Below are positions 19,204 through 29,951 of a stretch of DNA of 64,000 nt, piece after piece. This stretch comes from Nitrospirota bacterium (GTDB taxonomy: Bacteria > Nitrospirota > UBA9217), in NCBI GenBank assembly GCA_963749655.1, contig CAVVOB010000028.1:224001-288000 (forward strand). Reading direction: 5' to 3'. Numbering within the stretch: the stretch's first letter is position 1; each line of letters begins with the position of its first letter. A model generated the notes under the pieces. That model did no database searches and was not told the origin of the DNA. It saw nothing but the letters and a program-made list of their open reading frames with translations. Made by a program: the position numbers and the translations under genes.

Positions 19204-22200
19204 CTAGGAAAGTTCCTGCAAGCACTTTTTAACCGCTTCCGACGCGGTCCGAAGCGACTCGTCGGCCAGCGCGACGCGAAGCGTGAATTCCGGGATCAGC
19301 CGGATCCTGCCCTTGCTTTTTTTCAGAATGTTCATCACGCGCTCCGGTGAAATGTTTGCCTGTTCGCTGAACGTGATCGTAAGGCTCTCCGCGCCCGCGT
19401 CGACGCGGGACACGCCCGATTTCCGCGCGATGAGCTTGATGCTCATGATCTCGAAAAGGTTGGCCGTGGCTTCCGGCAGCTCGCCGTACCGGTCGCGCAA
19501 GCCGGCGCCGATGTCCTGCAGCTCCGCTTCATTCGATGCGCTTGAGATCTCCTTATATGCCGCAAGCCGCATGCTCACATCGCCGATGTAGTCCTCGGGA
19601 ATGAAGGCCGACGCGCGCATGTTGATCTGCGTATCCGCTTCCGGCGCGAGATCTTCACCGCGCATTTGCGCCATGGCATCTTCCATCATCTGCGTGTACA
19701 GGTCGATACCTACGGCCGCGATATGGCCGGACTGCTGTTTGCCCAGCAGGTTCCCCGCCCCGCGCGTTTCCAGGTCCTGGGCCGCGACGCGGAAACCCGC
19801 TCCCAGCTCCGACAGCTCCTGGATCGCCCGGAGCCGCTTGCGCGCCGTTTCCGACAGGAGCTCGTCCGCCGGCGTAAGCAGGTACGCATAGGCTTTCTCG
19901 CGGCTCCTGCCGACGCGTCCCTTGATCTGGTACAGGTCGGCCAGCCCGAAGCGGTCCGCCCTGTTGATGATGATGGTGTTCGCCTCGGGGATGTCGATGC
20001 CCGATTCGATGATCGTCGTGGTTACGAGCACGTTCAGTTCGCCGGCGATGAACTTCGTCATGACATCCTCGATCTCGTGCTCGGGGAGCTGTCCGTGGCC
20101 GATGCCGATTTTCGCCTCGGGCACCAGGTTCCGGACGAAATCCGCCATCCGCTCGATTCCCTGGACGCGGTTGTGCACGAAAAAGACGCGGCCGCCCCGT
20201 CCGATCTCGTGCATGATCGCTTCGCGGATGACCCGTTTGCCGAAACGCGCGAGGACGACCTGGATGGCCTGCCGATCCAGCGGCGGCGTCTCGATGATCG
20301 AAAGATCGCGGATCCCGGCGAGGGACATGTGCAGCGTGCGCGGAATGGGCGTGGCGGTGAGCGTGAGCACGTCCACGAGCTTCATCATCTCCTTGATCCG
20401 CTCCTTGTGCTTCACGCCGAACTTGTGCTCCTCGTCCACGACGAGCAGACCGAGGTTTTTGAAGACCACGTCCTTCTGCAGCAGACGGTGCGTGCCGATC
20501 ACGATGTCGACCGTGCCGCTCTTCAGGCCCTTGAGCGTGTCCTGCTGCTCGGCGCGGGTGCGAAAGCGGGACAGCATCTCCACGCGGACCGAGAACGATG
20601 AGAGCCGCTGGGAGAAGGTCCGGTGGTGCTGATCGGCAAGCAGCGTGGTGGGCACGAGCACCGCCGCCTGCATGCCGTCCTCGACGGCCTTGAACGCGGC
20701 CCGGAGCGCGACCTCCGTCTTACCGTATCCCACGTCGCCGCACACGAGGCGGTCCATAGGCCTCGGCCGCTGCATGTCCGCCAGGACATCGTCGATCGCC
20801 CGCTGCTGGTCCGGCGTTTCTTCATAGGGAAAGGCGCCCTCGAACTCCCGGTAAAGATTGTCGGGAGGAGAGAAGGAGGCGCGGTGCTGGGCCTCGCGTG
20901 CGGCATAGATGGCCACGAGCTCCTGCGCCATGGCGAGAATGTCCTTCTTGACCTTTTCCTTGGTCCGCGCCCAGGCCGGCGCGCCGAGACGGTCAAGCTT
21001 GGGCGCCGATCCCTCGACGCCGATGTATTTCTGCACCTTGTCGAGACTGTAGAGCGGAACGTGGAGCTTTGCATCAGGCTCGTAGCGGAGCGTGAGAAAG
21101 TCCGTCTCGAACCCGTCGAGGCTGATATGCGTCAGGCCCTGGTACTCGCCCACGCCGTAGTCCGTATGGACCACGAAATCGCCGGGCTTCAGTTCCTTGA
21201 ATGTGGAAAGGAACGGCGATACCTTGGACCTTGCAGCCGCGGGACGATGGACCTTCCTGCCGAAGATCTCCTCTTCGGTGATGATAATGAGCCCGAGCTC
21301 CTGCCACGCGAACCCCTCCGAGACCCTGCCGACGGAGAGCGTAATGGGCCAGGGCCCGGTGTCCTGTTCCGTCAGCATCGGGGCGAGCGCCGCGCCGAGG
21401 CCGTACTCCAAAAACTGTTTTTTGACGCGCGCTGCCGCCTCCCCGGTGCCGCAGACGATCGCAACGCGGTTAAAGTCGCGGAGCCGCCTCAGCTTTTCCA
21501 CGAGGCCCGCCATCGATCCTTCTGCCGGTTCGCGGCCGGCCTCGGGAGTTTCCTTGCCGATCGGCTTGGTCAGGCGCACACTGAGCCACGAGGCGGACTT
21601 GGTGTCCATGCGAAGGGCCCCTGCCCCTGTTTCGAGCAGGCGGAGATTGATTGCCGGGTGGCCCGCGAGCGCTGCTGCGATGCTTTCGTCTTCCAGATAC
21701 AGCGCCGCGGCTTCGGGCAGCGTTCGACCTTCTCCAACCTCCTCCTCCCTGCCCTGGTTGATCTTCAGAGAGAGCTCTTGAAGGGCGCCCGTGATCTCAT
21801 CAGGCTCGAGCAGGACAGCGAAACTGTTCCGGGGCACATAGGCGAACAGAGGGTCCATATCGTAGAAGAACGGGGCCAGGCATTCGCCTCCCGGCGGTAG
21901 CATCCCCTGCTTGACCTGGTCGATCAGCGCTTCATCGTTGACCGCGCTGCCGAAACGTTCAGCTCCCTTTGCGTCGATGATAAGCTCTCTCACGGGCAGC
22001 ACCACTGCTTCCCCGATCTCCGCAAGCGAGCGCTGCGTTTCCACATCGAATGCGCGCAGGGATTCGAGGGTGTCCCCGAAGAACTCCATGCGCACCGGTT
22101 GTTCATGGAGGGGCGAAAAGAAATCGACGATGTCTCCCCGCCTGCTGAACTCGCCCACGCGCGTGACCAGGGAGGCGGACTCGTACCCCGTAGCAACAAG

Positions 22201-22677
22201 CGACGCAACGAGCTCGTCAGGGGCAATGGCAGAGGCCTTGGTGATGGTCTTTACCGCTTCGGCGAAGAGCTCCCAGGGAGGAAGCTTTTGCATGAGCGAC
22301 GGGACCGGCGCAACAAGGATGCCTGCTGTAGTGGTGATCAGGTTGTACAGGACGCGCATCCGCTCGCCCACGGTAATGCTGTCGGGCGAGTCGGCCTCGA
22401 AAGGAAGCAGGCCCCAGGACGGGAACAGGGTTGCTTCAAGAGGCTTTTCGATCTCGTTCATCGGAAGTGCCGTTCGAAAGAACTTCAGGTCCTCGACAAG
22501 CGTTTCTGCTGCCTCTTCCGTCGCCGTGACCACCAGGAGAGAAGCTCCTGCTTCACGAGCGAGGCCCAATAAAAAGAGGGCCTTGGAGGCCCCCCACAGT
22601 TCGCTTACTTCAATCGTCCTTTTGCCGGCCCGGATCTCGCCCAGCACAGGCAGGACAATGTCGTGCAGACTCTTCAT
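19204..22677 (-). CDS. mfd: Transcription-repair coupling factor
   Basis: GDVGYGKTE, DEEH, TATPIPRT, RID and TRCF domains. Confidence 0.97.
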   Translation of the reverse strand: MKSLHDIVLPVLGEIRAGKRTIEVSELWGASKALFLLGLAREAGASLLVVTATEEAAETLVEDLKFFRTALPMNEIEKPLEATLFPSWGLLPFEADSPDSITVGERMRVLYNLITTTAGILVAPVPSLMQKLPPWELFAEAVKTITKASAIAPDELVASLVATGYESASLVTRVGEFSRRGDIVDFFSPLHEQPVRMEFFGDTLESLRAFDVETQRSLAEIGEAVVLPVRELIIDAKGAERFGSAVNDEALIDQVKQGMLPPGGECLAPFFYDMDPLFAYVPRNSFAVLLEPDEITGALQELSLKINQGREEEVGEGRTLPEAAALYLEDESIAAALAGHPAINLRLLETGAGALRMDTKSASWLSVRLTKPIGKETPEAGREPAEGSMAGLVEKLRRLRDFNRVAIVCGTGEAAARVKKQFLEYGLGAALAPMLTEQDTGPWPITLSVGRVSEGFAWQELGLIIITEEEIFGRKVHRPAAARSKVSPFLSTFKELKPGDFVVHTDYGVGEYQGLTHISLDGFETDFLTLRYEPDAKLHVPLYSLDKVQKYIGVEGSAPKLDRLGAPAWARTKEKVKKDILAMAQELVAIYAAREAQHRASFSPPDNLYREFEGAFPYEETPDQQRAIDDVLADMQRPRPMDRLVCGDVGYGKTEVALRAAFKAVEDGMQAAVLVPTTLLADQHHRTFSQRLSSFSVRVEMLSRFRTRAEQQDTLKGLKSGTVDIVIGTHRLLQKDVVFKNLGLLVVDEEHKFGVKHKERIKEMMKLVDVLTLTATPIPRTLHMSLAGIRDLSIIETPPLDRQAIQVVLARFGKRVIREAIMHEIGRGGRVFFVHNRVQGIERMADFVRNLVPEAKIGIGHGQLPEHEIEDVMTKFIAGELNVLVTTTIIESGIDIPEANTIIINRADRFGLADLYQIKGRVGRSREKAYAYLLTPADELLSETARKRLRAIQELSELGAGFRVAAQDLETRGAGNLLGKQQSGHIAAVGIDLYTQMMEDAMAQMRGEDLAPEADTQINMRASAFIPEDYIGDVSMRLAAYKEISSASNEAELQDIGAGLRDRYGELPEATANLFEIMSIKLIARKSGVSRVDAGAESLTITFSEQANISPERVMNILKKSKGRIRLIPEFTLRVALADESLRTASEAVKKCLQELS

Positions 22678-22769
22678 GGTAGATTACTATAACACGGCGG
22701 GCCGTTCTTATGCAACAGGGGCCGTCCAAATACCCTTGCCAAGGCAGACGGTCTCGGCTACAATCCGTT

Positions 22770-23099
22770 ATGGGCGCTTCGTCAGTCAAAAGAGGAAAGA
22801 AGACGTGGTATCTCTATATTGTGGTATGCTGCGACGAGACGCTTTACACTGGAATCACCAACGATCTGCCGGGCCGCTTAAACCGGCACAACGCAGGCAC
22901 TGCGTCGCGGTATACAAGAAGCAGGCTGCCTGTCAGGCTTCTCTATAAAAAGCGCTGCATCAACCGCTCCAGCGCCTTGAAGCAGGAATACGCGCTGAAA
23001 CAGCTGTCGCGGACCGAGAAGATGGCGCTGATTCGAAAAAATGCTGTAAGGCGGCAGCAGACGTCCATATCCCGCAAATTCATACGGAGCAGGGCATGA
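22770..23099 (+). CDS. GIY-YIG nuclease (YazA/UPF0213-like)
   Basis: WYLYIV.C, LYTGIT, RL..HN.G, YTR.R.P. Confidence 0.88.
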   Translation: MGASSVKRGKKTWYLYIVVCCDETLYTGITNDLPGRLNRHNAGTASRYTRSRLPVRLLYKKRCINRSSALKQEYALKQLSRTEKMALIRKNAVRRQQTSISRKFIRSRA

Positions 23100-24245
23100 C
23101 CACGAACAATTTAGAGTCCTATCGCAGAGAATTTCCGATAACAGAGAAGTATGCCTATCTCGACCACGCGGGAGTAGCTCCGCTTTCCAACCGCGTGAAG
23201 GACGCCGTCACCTCGTTTCTCGCTGAATCCCTTGAAGGCGGTGCGTTCCATTACCCTGTCTGGGCAAGACGGATCATGGATGCAAGGCAGGCCTGTGCCG
23301 CTCTTCTGAACGCCCGGCCGGATGAGATCGCCTTTGTGAGGAGCACCTCTCACGGCCTTTCGCTCGTTGCCGAAGGCCTGGAGTGGAAAAGAGGGGACAA
23401 CGTACTTATCTACGAGAAGGAGTTTCCTTCCAATATATATCCCTGGCAGAACCTCGGCAGAAAAGGCGTCGGAACGCGCATCATCCCGTCCCGGGAGGGC
23501 AGGATCGTGCTGGATGACATCGAACGGCTGATCGACAAGAGGACGCGGTTGCTCTCCCTCAGCTCGGTGCAGTTCACGAACGGTTTCAGATCCGACCTCA
23601 AGGCAGTGTCGAACCTGTGCCGCGGCAGGGGCGTCCTGTTCTGCGTCGACGCGATCCAGAGTCTTGGGGTCCTTCCCCTGGATGTAAAGGACTGCGGTAT
23701 CGATTTCCTTTCAGCCGACGCGCACAAGTGGCTCCTCGGGCCGGAAGGCATAGGCGTATTCTGACTGCCGAAAGGAACTGGCTTCTTCCCTCAATCCGCC
23801 CCTGGTGGGCTGGAAGAGCGTTCAGCGGGATATGGATTTCGAGCGACCGGACCTTCAGTTAAAAAAAGACGCCCTTCGGTTCGAAGAGGGGTCGCTCAAT
23901 CTTCTCGGCATCTTCGGTCTCAGGGCTGCGGTGGACCTCCTGCACGAAGCGGGCATCGAGCGCATAGAACAGCGCGTGCTCGATCTTGGCGACAGCATCA
24001 TTGAAAAGGCGAAGGGGCGCGGCTATTCCGTGCTCACCCCCGAAAACCGGAAAGCGCGTGGAGGGATCGTCACCATACGCGGGTCCTTCGATCCTTTTTC
24101 CCTGCGCGACGCGCTGCGGGAAAAGGGGATCATGGTGAACGTTCGGGCAGGAGGCCTGCGGCTTTCACCCCATTTCTACACGAGCGAAGAGGACATCGAA
24201 CGCTGTTTCAGAACAATTGACGGCCTGGTGCGGGCTACATCATAA
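23096..24245 (+). CDS. Class V PLP aminotransferase, cysteine desulfurase-like (one frameshift near 23762)
   Basis: YLDHAG, VDAIQ, DAHKWLLGPEG; second frame RFEEGS, LRLSPHFY. Confidence 0.85.
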
Positions 24246-24250
24246 TAACT

Positions 24251-24334
24251 GCGGAGAGCATGGCGCAGAGTGGAGAGCGGAGCGGCAGGAACACAGAACG
24301 CCGCTTTACACCATGCGCTATGCATGATGCTCCC
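24251..24334. repeat. Heptamer-periodic palindrome
   Basis: GCGGAGA GCATGGC GCAGAGT ... CACCATG CGCTATG CATGATG. Confidence 0.55.
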
Positions 24335-24346
24335 AAGGAGGAGACT

Positions 24347-24856
24347 ATGGCTGATTTTTCACGGAATGATCTGGTGCGACATGAACAGCATGGAATCGGG
24401 AAGGTTGCCGGCTGCACGGGCGGCGATTGTACGGTCCTTTTCCCGCGTCTCGGCAAGGAGGCAGTAGTGACTGACGACGAGCTGCAGCTCCTGTCCGAAG
24501 CCGAGACAACGGCCTATGACATGGTACGGCTCGCGGTCTTCGAGCTCAATCGCGAGGAGGCGCCGGAGATTGCGCTCGGCAGCCGCTGGCAGGGAGGCGA
24601 GATGATCCTGAAGCCGGGTGATGCGGGCACCGCGTCCAAGAGCGTTCCCATCGAGACCTTCTTTCACAAAATCGTCATGGTCCGCGACCGCCTGCGGGTC
24701 ATGGAGGCGCAGATCAACGGGCACAAGGTCCTGACCGACGCCGAAAAGGTCGATCTGCAGCAGTACATCACCCGGATCTACGGCTCACTCACCACGTTCA
24801 ATGTTCTGTTCAGGGACAAGAAGGACCACTTCGTGGGTCAAAAGGGCGAGGGCTGA
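24347..24856 (+). CDS. Hypothetical protein with N-terminal Tudor/SH3-like segment
   Basis: AAGGAGG RBS; VRHEQHGIGKV; C-terminal FFHKIVMVRDRLR...YGSLTTFN. Confidence 0.75.
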   Translation: MADFSRNDLVRHEQHGIGKVAGCTGGDCTVLFPRLGKEAVVTDDELQLLSEAETTAYDMVRLAVFELNREEAPEIALGSRWQGGEMILKPGDAGTASKSVPIETFFHKIVMVRDRLRVMEAQINGHKVLTDAEKVDLQQYITRIYGSLTTFNVLFRDKKDHFVGQKGEG

Positions 24857-24875
24857 TCAGGGCGGGTTTATCGTG

Positions 24876-25627
24876 TCAGCTTTCCTTGATCCTCTTCTTC
24901 ACCCGGTCCCAGGACCGGGTGATCAGGAAACTCTCTTCCATGTTGGCGACCATGCGTCTGAATTTATTCATGGGTACGGCGAAGGTCAGCGTTTCTTTCG
25001 GAACAAAGGGCCGGGCGGAGATATCGAACATGCCGATCACGGCGCGGGGGCGGGCGGCGCTCTTCTCCAGACAGGGATACAAAACCATCGAGCCGCAGCC
25101 TGCTGAAAAGGGGCAGAAAACACCATTGGGCTCTGCTTCGCCGTAATTGGCCAGGGTGAAGAGGCCGGACAGAACGTCCGGTGCTGCGAAAAAAACCACG
25201 GCTTCAGGTTCGTCTGCTGTTTCGAGCGCATCGAACCGTTTGAAAACAATGAGGGGTGCGGGCGCCTTGAACTTCGGCGCCATCCGCATCATCTCCCTGA
25301 CGATCTCGGGAGATTTCTTGTAGCGCTCGCCTTCGAGCTTGCCGGGAATGCCGCAGGACAGAAAATATTCAAACGTGGGGCCGGTCTCGTCGCTGAACCC
25401 CGCATACCGCTTTCCTCCGCCGCACCCGATCGAGTCAACATCAAGGAAAGCGGTTTTCCTTTCCGGACGGTCGCCAGCACGCCGATCATGCACTGGTGAC
25501 CGGAGGGCGGCGGAACCTTCGCGGTACCGTCATGCCTGCCTGCATAGTAAAAGGCGATGGGCAGTTCCGCATCGCCGAAGTACCTGCTCCACTGCTCCAG
25601 AAATCTCGTTTTCAGCGCTGGTTCCAT
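24876..25627 (-). CDS. DUF169 family protein (frameshift near 25455)
   Basis: LPIAFYY, CGGG..Y.GF, PF.AGCGS, GMFDISARP. Confidence 0.75.
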
Positions 25628-25684
25628 GATTTCCCCCGTTCGGAATTGATCGCCGAAATTCCCGCACGAGAAAGAGACTGCCGG

Positions 25685-26842
25685 TCAGGAGCGTCGTCTG
25701 TGACCTCCGGTCCTCCGCTCTTTGCCGCTTCGCCGCTCGGGACCGTCGTAATCCGGATCGTTGAATTGCCGCCGGTCTTCCCCTGTCCGCCTTTCCTCCC
25801 AGGCCCGTCGCTCCTTTTTCAGCCGCTTATGGACCAACTCGAACAGTATCTGTCGTCTTTCCAGAAGGAGGGTCCGGTGCTTTGTTTTGCTGCGGACATC
25901 CTGCAACTGCAGCTCGAATTGATGGTCCGTGAGCAGCGAAATGAGAAGCTGCTCGATCCTGGTAAAAGCCTTCTTTTCTTCGTCATGGGTCCTGTCTTTT
26001 TTCCCCGAGATCGCGGCCAGACATTCCCCGATCCCGCCTGCAAACTTGCTGCTGTGGTCATAGACGGCGCCGTAAAGCCGGCTCAGGGCGCGGGTGTCTT
26101 CACGAAAGACCTCGGCGATCTCCTGGGAAAGGATATCGACGTCGTGCTTTGCCTTTTCGAGGTCTTTTTTCGTGATCTGCCCCTGGTGCAGCGCATTCCT
26201 GAGGTCCTCTTTGAACGACGCCTTGATTTCGTCGATCTGCTGCTGCTCTTCTTCCCGTGTTTTTTCGACGTCCGAAAGAACGGCCTTCGCCGTCTCACAG
26301 AGCTGCTCGATCTTGACAAGATTGTCCCGGACATAGAACGCGATGCGTTCAAGCTCGTCCGCCAGGACCTGCCGCTGTCGCTTGAGCTTGACCAGAAGCG
26401 TTTTCCGCTCATCGACCATGTCACGAAGCCTGATCGCCCGCTCCGTCTGTCGAGCGCCCGCTTTCAACGCGGCCAGCTCTTCCTCAGCGGACTTGATGAA
26501 CACCTCGGGCTTCCTGAGATCGAGACTGAGAAAGGTATGAAGATGATACAAATACTGCTCCACGGCCGTTTTGAGTCCGGGGCTGAAGAAACAGGTGTGG
26601 CTCAACACGCTCAGGCAGGCCCTCTCCGAAAAGCCTTTGCCGACGACGCCGAACCGCTCCGGGCCTTCAAAGGTCAGGATAGTATCGAGCTGTTTTGCAT
26701 AAGGCGCCAGGTCTTCGCCATGCTTCTCCGGCCGGCCCTCTTTTTTCGGGCTTTCGAGGAAGATACGGATGTCCTCCGGCGAGGGCAAAAGGTCGTCGCC
26801 TGATCCGAAACGCAGGCCGAATATGTGTTTATCGTTCATCAT
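25685..26842 (-). CDS. Coiled-coil protein with C-terminal ERR/DRR repeats
   Basis: Long helical ORF; tail ERRAWEERRTGEDRR...ERRSGKERRTG. Confidence 0.7.
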   Translation of the reverse strand: MMNDKHIFGLRFGSGDDLLPSPEDIRIFLESPKKEGRPEKHGEDLAPYAKQLDTILTFEGPERFGVVGKGFSERACLSVLSHTCFFSPGLKTAVEQYLYHLHTFLSLDLRKPEVFIKSAEEELAALKAGARQTERAIRLRDMVDERKTLLVKLKRQRQVLADELERIAFYVRDNLVKIEQLCETAKAVLSDVEKTREEEQQQIDEIKASFKEDLRNALHQGQITKKDLEKAKHDVDILSQEIAEVFREDTRALSRLYGAVYDHSSKFAGGIGECLAAISGKKDRTHDEEKKAFTRIEQLLISLLTDHQFELQLQDVRSKTKHRTLLLERRQILFELVHKRLKKERRAWEERRTGEDRRQFNDPDYDGPERRSGKERRTGGHRRRS

Positions 26843-27149
26843 CTCACAAGTAATGGTATAGAGGGTAACATGCTGTGCCAGGTGCGATCTTAGCCGCTGT
26901 CATCGGGGCCTCATATAAAAAAGAACGCGCACGCGGGGACGCCGGCGTACATGATCCTTTTCTTGCATATTGTTCTTAGTTTATTTTTCGAGACCTTTAC
27001 TATGACTGCCAGCTGGGAAGCGAGGCAGGATTCTCGGACAGAAACATGATCGCTGAAGCTATCTTACTGAACTGCAGGCGTTCGGTCAAGTGCGATGTGA
27101 CATTCCGCCCGTGAAGGCCACTGTGTCCGGTAGGCCTTCACCTGCCGCG

Positions 27150-28736
27150 TCATATCATATACGTGGAATCCACAGAGGGAACGGCCGCCCGCTTTTTCAC
27201 CTTGTGGTCTTCGTTCGCGGCCGCGTGCTCGAGGATCTTGTACACCGATTCCACAGCCTCTTCGGCGTTAACGGCGCGTGCGATTGCATCTGCGGAAAAG
27301 GCGGTCCCGGCGTTCCTGCGCAGATAGGCAAGGACCTCGCCCTGAAGCTTGATGACGGCGCCGGCCATCGTCTTGCCTGCTTCCACGCCGGGCTGATGAT
27401 AGGCATTGATATTCACCAGCGTTGCATAGAATCCGACGGCCCGTTCATAAAGCGCGATCAGCGCACCGATCGAGGACGCGTCGAGCCCGTTCAAGGTAAT
27501 CGTAATCGATGTGCGCCCCTTTTCATACAGCGCATTCCGGGTCCCGTGGAGATAACTGCTCAGGTAATCTCCGCTCGTCACGTCCGGCTCCACTTCGATC
27601 GACGGCACATTCTGGTCCTTCAGGATCTCGATGAAGGTCGCAAAGAAGTTGTTCAGTCCGTCCCGCAGCTGCTGGACATAGGCATGCTGGTCGGTTGTGC
27701 CCTTGTTGCCGTAGACCGCGATCCCCTGATGCACCGTCTTTCCATCGAGGTCCTTTTCTTTTCCGAGGGATTCCATCACCAGCTGCTGCAGATACTTGGG
27801 GAACAGCACAAGCCGGTCCTTGTACGGCAAAATCACCATATCCTTCCGTCCTGCGCCTCCGCCGGCGCAGTGCCAGGAAAGCGCCAGAAGCGCCGCGGGA
27901 TTGCCGAGGGTTTTCCTGCTCCGGGTGATCTCATCACACCCTGCTGCGCCTTTCAGGAGTCCTTCGATGTCCAGCCCCTGAAGAGCGGCAGGCAGGAGCC
28001 CTACGGCCGAGGTCGCGGAAGTTCTCCCGCCGACCCAGTCCCACATGGGGAATCTGGCAAGCCATCCGCCCTTCTCCGCCGCAACGTCGAGTTTGCTTCC
28101 CGCTCCGGTCACGGCCACCGCATGCTTCTCGAATGAAAGGCCTGCGCTGCGATACGCAGCGGCGACCTCGAGCATCCCGTTCCGGGTTTCCGTGGTGCCC
28201 CCGCTTTTCGAGATCACGATGGTGAGCGTTTCATCGAGGCCGCTCCCGATGCGCGCCAGAACGCGGCGCATCCCGTCCGGGTCCGTATTATCAAGGAACA
28301 GCGGCTCCATCTTGTCGGATACCGACCCCAGCGCGTCGGCGATGAACTGCGGACCGAGGGCCGAACCGCCTATGCCGATGCTCAAAAATCGTGTGAAGCG
28401 GCCTCCCGGCCGCGGACCAATTTTCCCCGCATGTACGGCAGCGGCAAAATCGCCGACCTTCCGGACCGTGTCGATGATCAGTCGTCGCAGCTCCGGGTCG
28501 GGCGCCCGCTCCGGGTTTCGCAGCCAGTAGTGGCCGACCATGCGGCTCTCATCGGGATTTGCAATGGCGCCGGACTCAAGAGCCTCCATAGCGTCGTACG
28601 CCTGTCTGATTGCGGGCTCCATCCCTGACAGGTATTCATCAGAAAGCCCCATCCGGCTGATGTCGAGCGCCAGTCCGATGGAAGGACATTCGCACAGGTA
28701 TTTTTTGTATCGTTCCCAAAGCGATCTGTTGTTCAT
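27150..28736 (-). CDS. pgi: Glucose-6-phosphate isomerase
   Basis: [40 protein letters not shown]. Confidence 0.96.
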   Translation of the reverse strand: MNNRSLWERYKKYLCECPSIGLALDISRMGLSDEYLSGMEPAIRQAYDAMEALESGAIANPDESRMVGHYWLRNPERAPDPELRRLIIDTVRKVGDFAAAVHAGKIGPRPGGRFTRFLSIGIGGSALGPQFIADALGSVSDKMEPLFLDNTDPDGMRRVLARIGSGLDETLTIVISKSGGTTETRNGMLEVAAAYRSAGLSFEKHAVAVTGAGSKLDVAAEKGGWLARFPMWDWVGGRTSATSAVGLLPAALQGLDIEGLLKGAAGCDEITRSRKTLGNPAALLALSWHCAGGGAGRKDMVILPYKDRLVLFPKYLQQLVMESLGKEKDLDGKTVHQGIAVYGNKGTTDQHAYVQQLRDGLNNFFATFIEILKDQNVPSIEVEPDVTSGDYLSSYLHGTRNALYEKGRTSITITLNGLDASSIGALIALYERAVGFYATLVNINAYHQPGVEAGKTMAGAVIKLQGEVLAYLRRNAGTAFSADAIARAVNAEEAVESVYKILEHAAANEDHKVKKRAAVPSVDSTYMI

Positions 28737-28836
28737 GATATCATCCTTTATCGATAATGACACGACGATGCGTTATGAATGCATATGCCCCGGCACTGGG
28801 CGAAGACGGATCGAGTTCCTGTCTGAGGCCCGGAGA

Positions 28837-29082
28837 TCATTCGTCCTTCCCGTAAACAGCACGGATTCTTTTGCCGAGCTCCCGTAGTGCGTCGGGAAAG
28901 GACATGCCCTGGTCCATGATCTCGCGCACCACCTCTGCCTTGCTCAGGGCCTCGATGACAGCGTTCTGTTCGGCAACCACCCCGCAGGCATTCTCGCCCC
29001 TGGCGAGCTGTTCCTGAATGCACGCTTCCAACTGGTCCAGGCCGTATTGCTCCGTCAACTTCTTCAGTTCTTTTGTTTCCAT
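28837..29082 (-). CDS. Small hypothetical protein
   Basis: METKELKKL...ALRELGKRIR; helical, two Cys. Confidence 0.6.
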   Translation of the reverse strand: METKELKKLTEQYGLDQLEACIQEQLARGENACGVVAEQNAVIEALSKAEVVREIMDQGMSFPDALRELGKRIRAVYGKDE

Positions 29083-29193
29083 GGCAGTATGAGAAGGATG
29101 GTTGTATTTTATCATAAATGTGCTTTCTGATGCAGTTGTTTTCCCTTTCCCCGCCATTTGACAGATGGCGCATCCGCTGGTAGACTTGTGCCT

Positions 29194-29478
29194 ATGGTTG
29201 ATCACCTTTCCGCTGATAAACTCGAGCTGGTCCACTGCGTGTCTGATTTGGTGGAAAAGAGCCGGCTGTGGGTGGAGATCGCGCGTCTCGGCATGACCAG
29301 GGAATTCATCGAGAAAAGCGACAACCTCTATGCCCGGATCATGATGGAGCTCGATTTCATTGAAGCCCATGCGCCTTCATCGGTCATGGAGGCAAAAAAG
29401 CTCAAATCCCTCGCAGCAGCAATGTCTCTCAGAGAGCAGCATTCGCAGACCCTGCCGAACCGCTTGCGCGTTGCCTGA
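29194..29478 (+). CDS. Small hypothetical protein
   Basis: ORF with host-like codon usage. Confidence 0.45.
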   Translation: MVDHLSADKLELVHCVSDLVEKSRLWVEIARLGMTREFIEKSDNLYARIMMELDFIEAHAPSSVMEAKKLKSLAAAMSLREQHSQTLPNRLRVA

Positions 29479-29951
29479 CCAGCCCTCCGATCTTTTGTTC
29501 CTTTGCCTGATGCTTCCGGTGTTGATCCGCGCTTTGAATATGCGTATTAACCTTCCGGGAGATGCAGTGATATCGCTGAAAAAGAATCATGCCATAGTAT
29601 GACCAGGGAACCCTCACCAAGAGACGAATTCAGCGTAGGTAGATATTTCTCGCGGCACGTGCAGCGTATGTGGCGACCTGCTGAACTATTTCACCGCAAA
29701 GGGTACCTTAGTTAACCTGATACTTAAGACTGTGTTTAAAAAGCTGTTCGCTTCGCAACGTAAAAGTTACATCAGCGCGACCAAATACTCAGACCAGATC
29801 TTTTTACACCATCAAGCTTCCGTCTTCGCTGCGACCGCACGCACTCTCACAATCATCAAAGATGAGAGCCCCGCTGTTTTTTTTTCAAAAAACGCAAGCA
29901 CACTGTCACAAAATCCTTTTTCGGGCTTCACTGTTTGTGGTAATATAGCCC

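Noticed and set aside
23762-23764. TGA as selenocysteine in the aminotransferase
   Set aside because: Coding continues in a different frame; removing one G restores FYCRKEL
26865-26882. Sigma54 promoter on the minus strand (TGGCAC...)
   Set aside because: No GC at the -12 position
29480-29950. oriC upstream of mnmE
   Set aside because: No TTATCCACA boxes seen, and no dnaA, rpmH, rnpA or yidC here; the parS sites only suggest origin proximity
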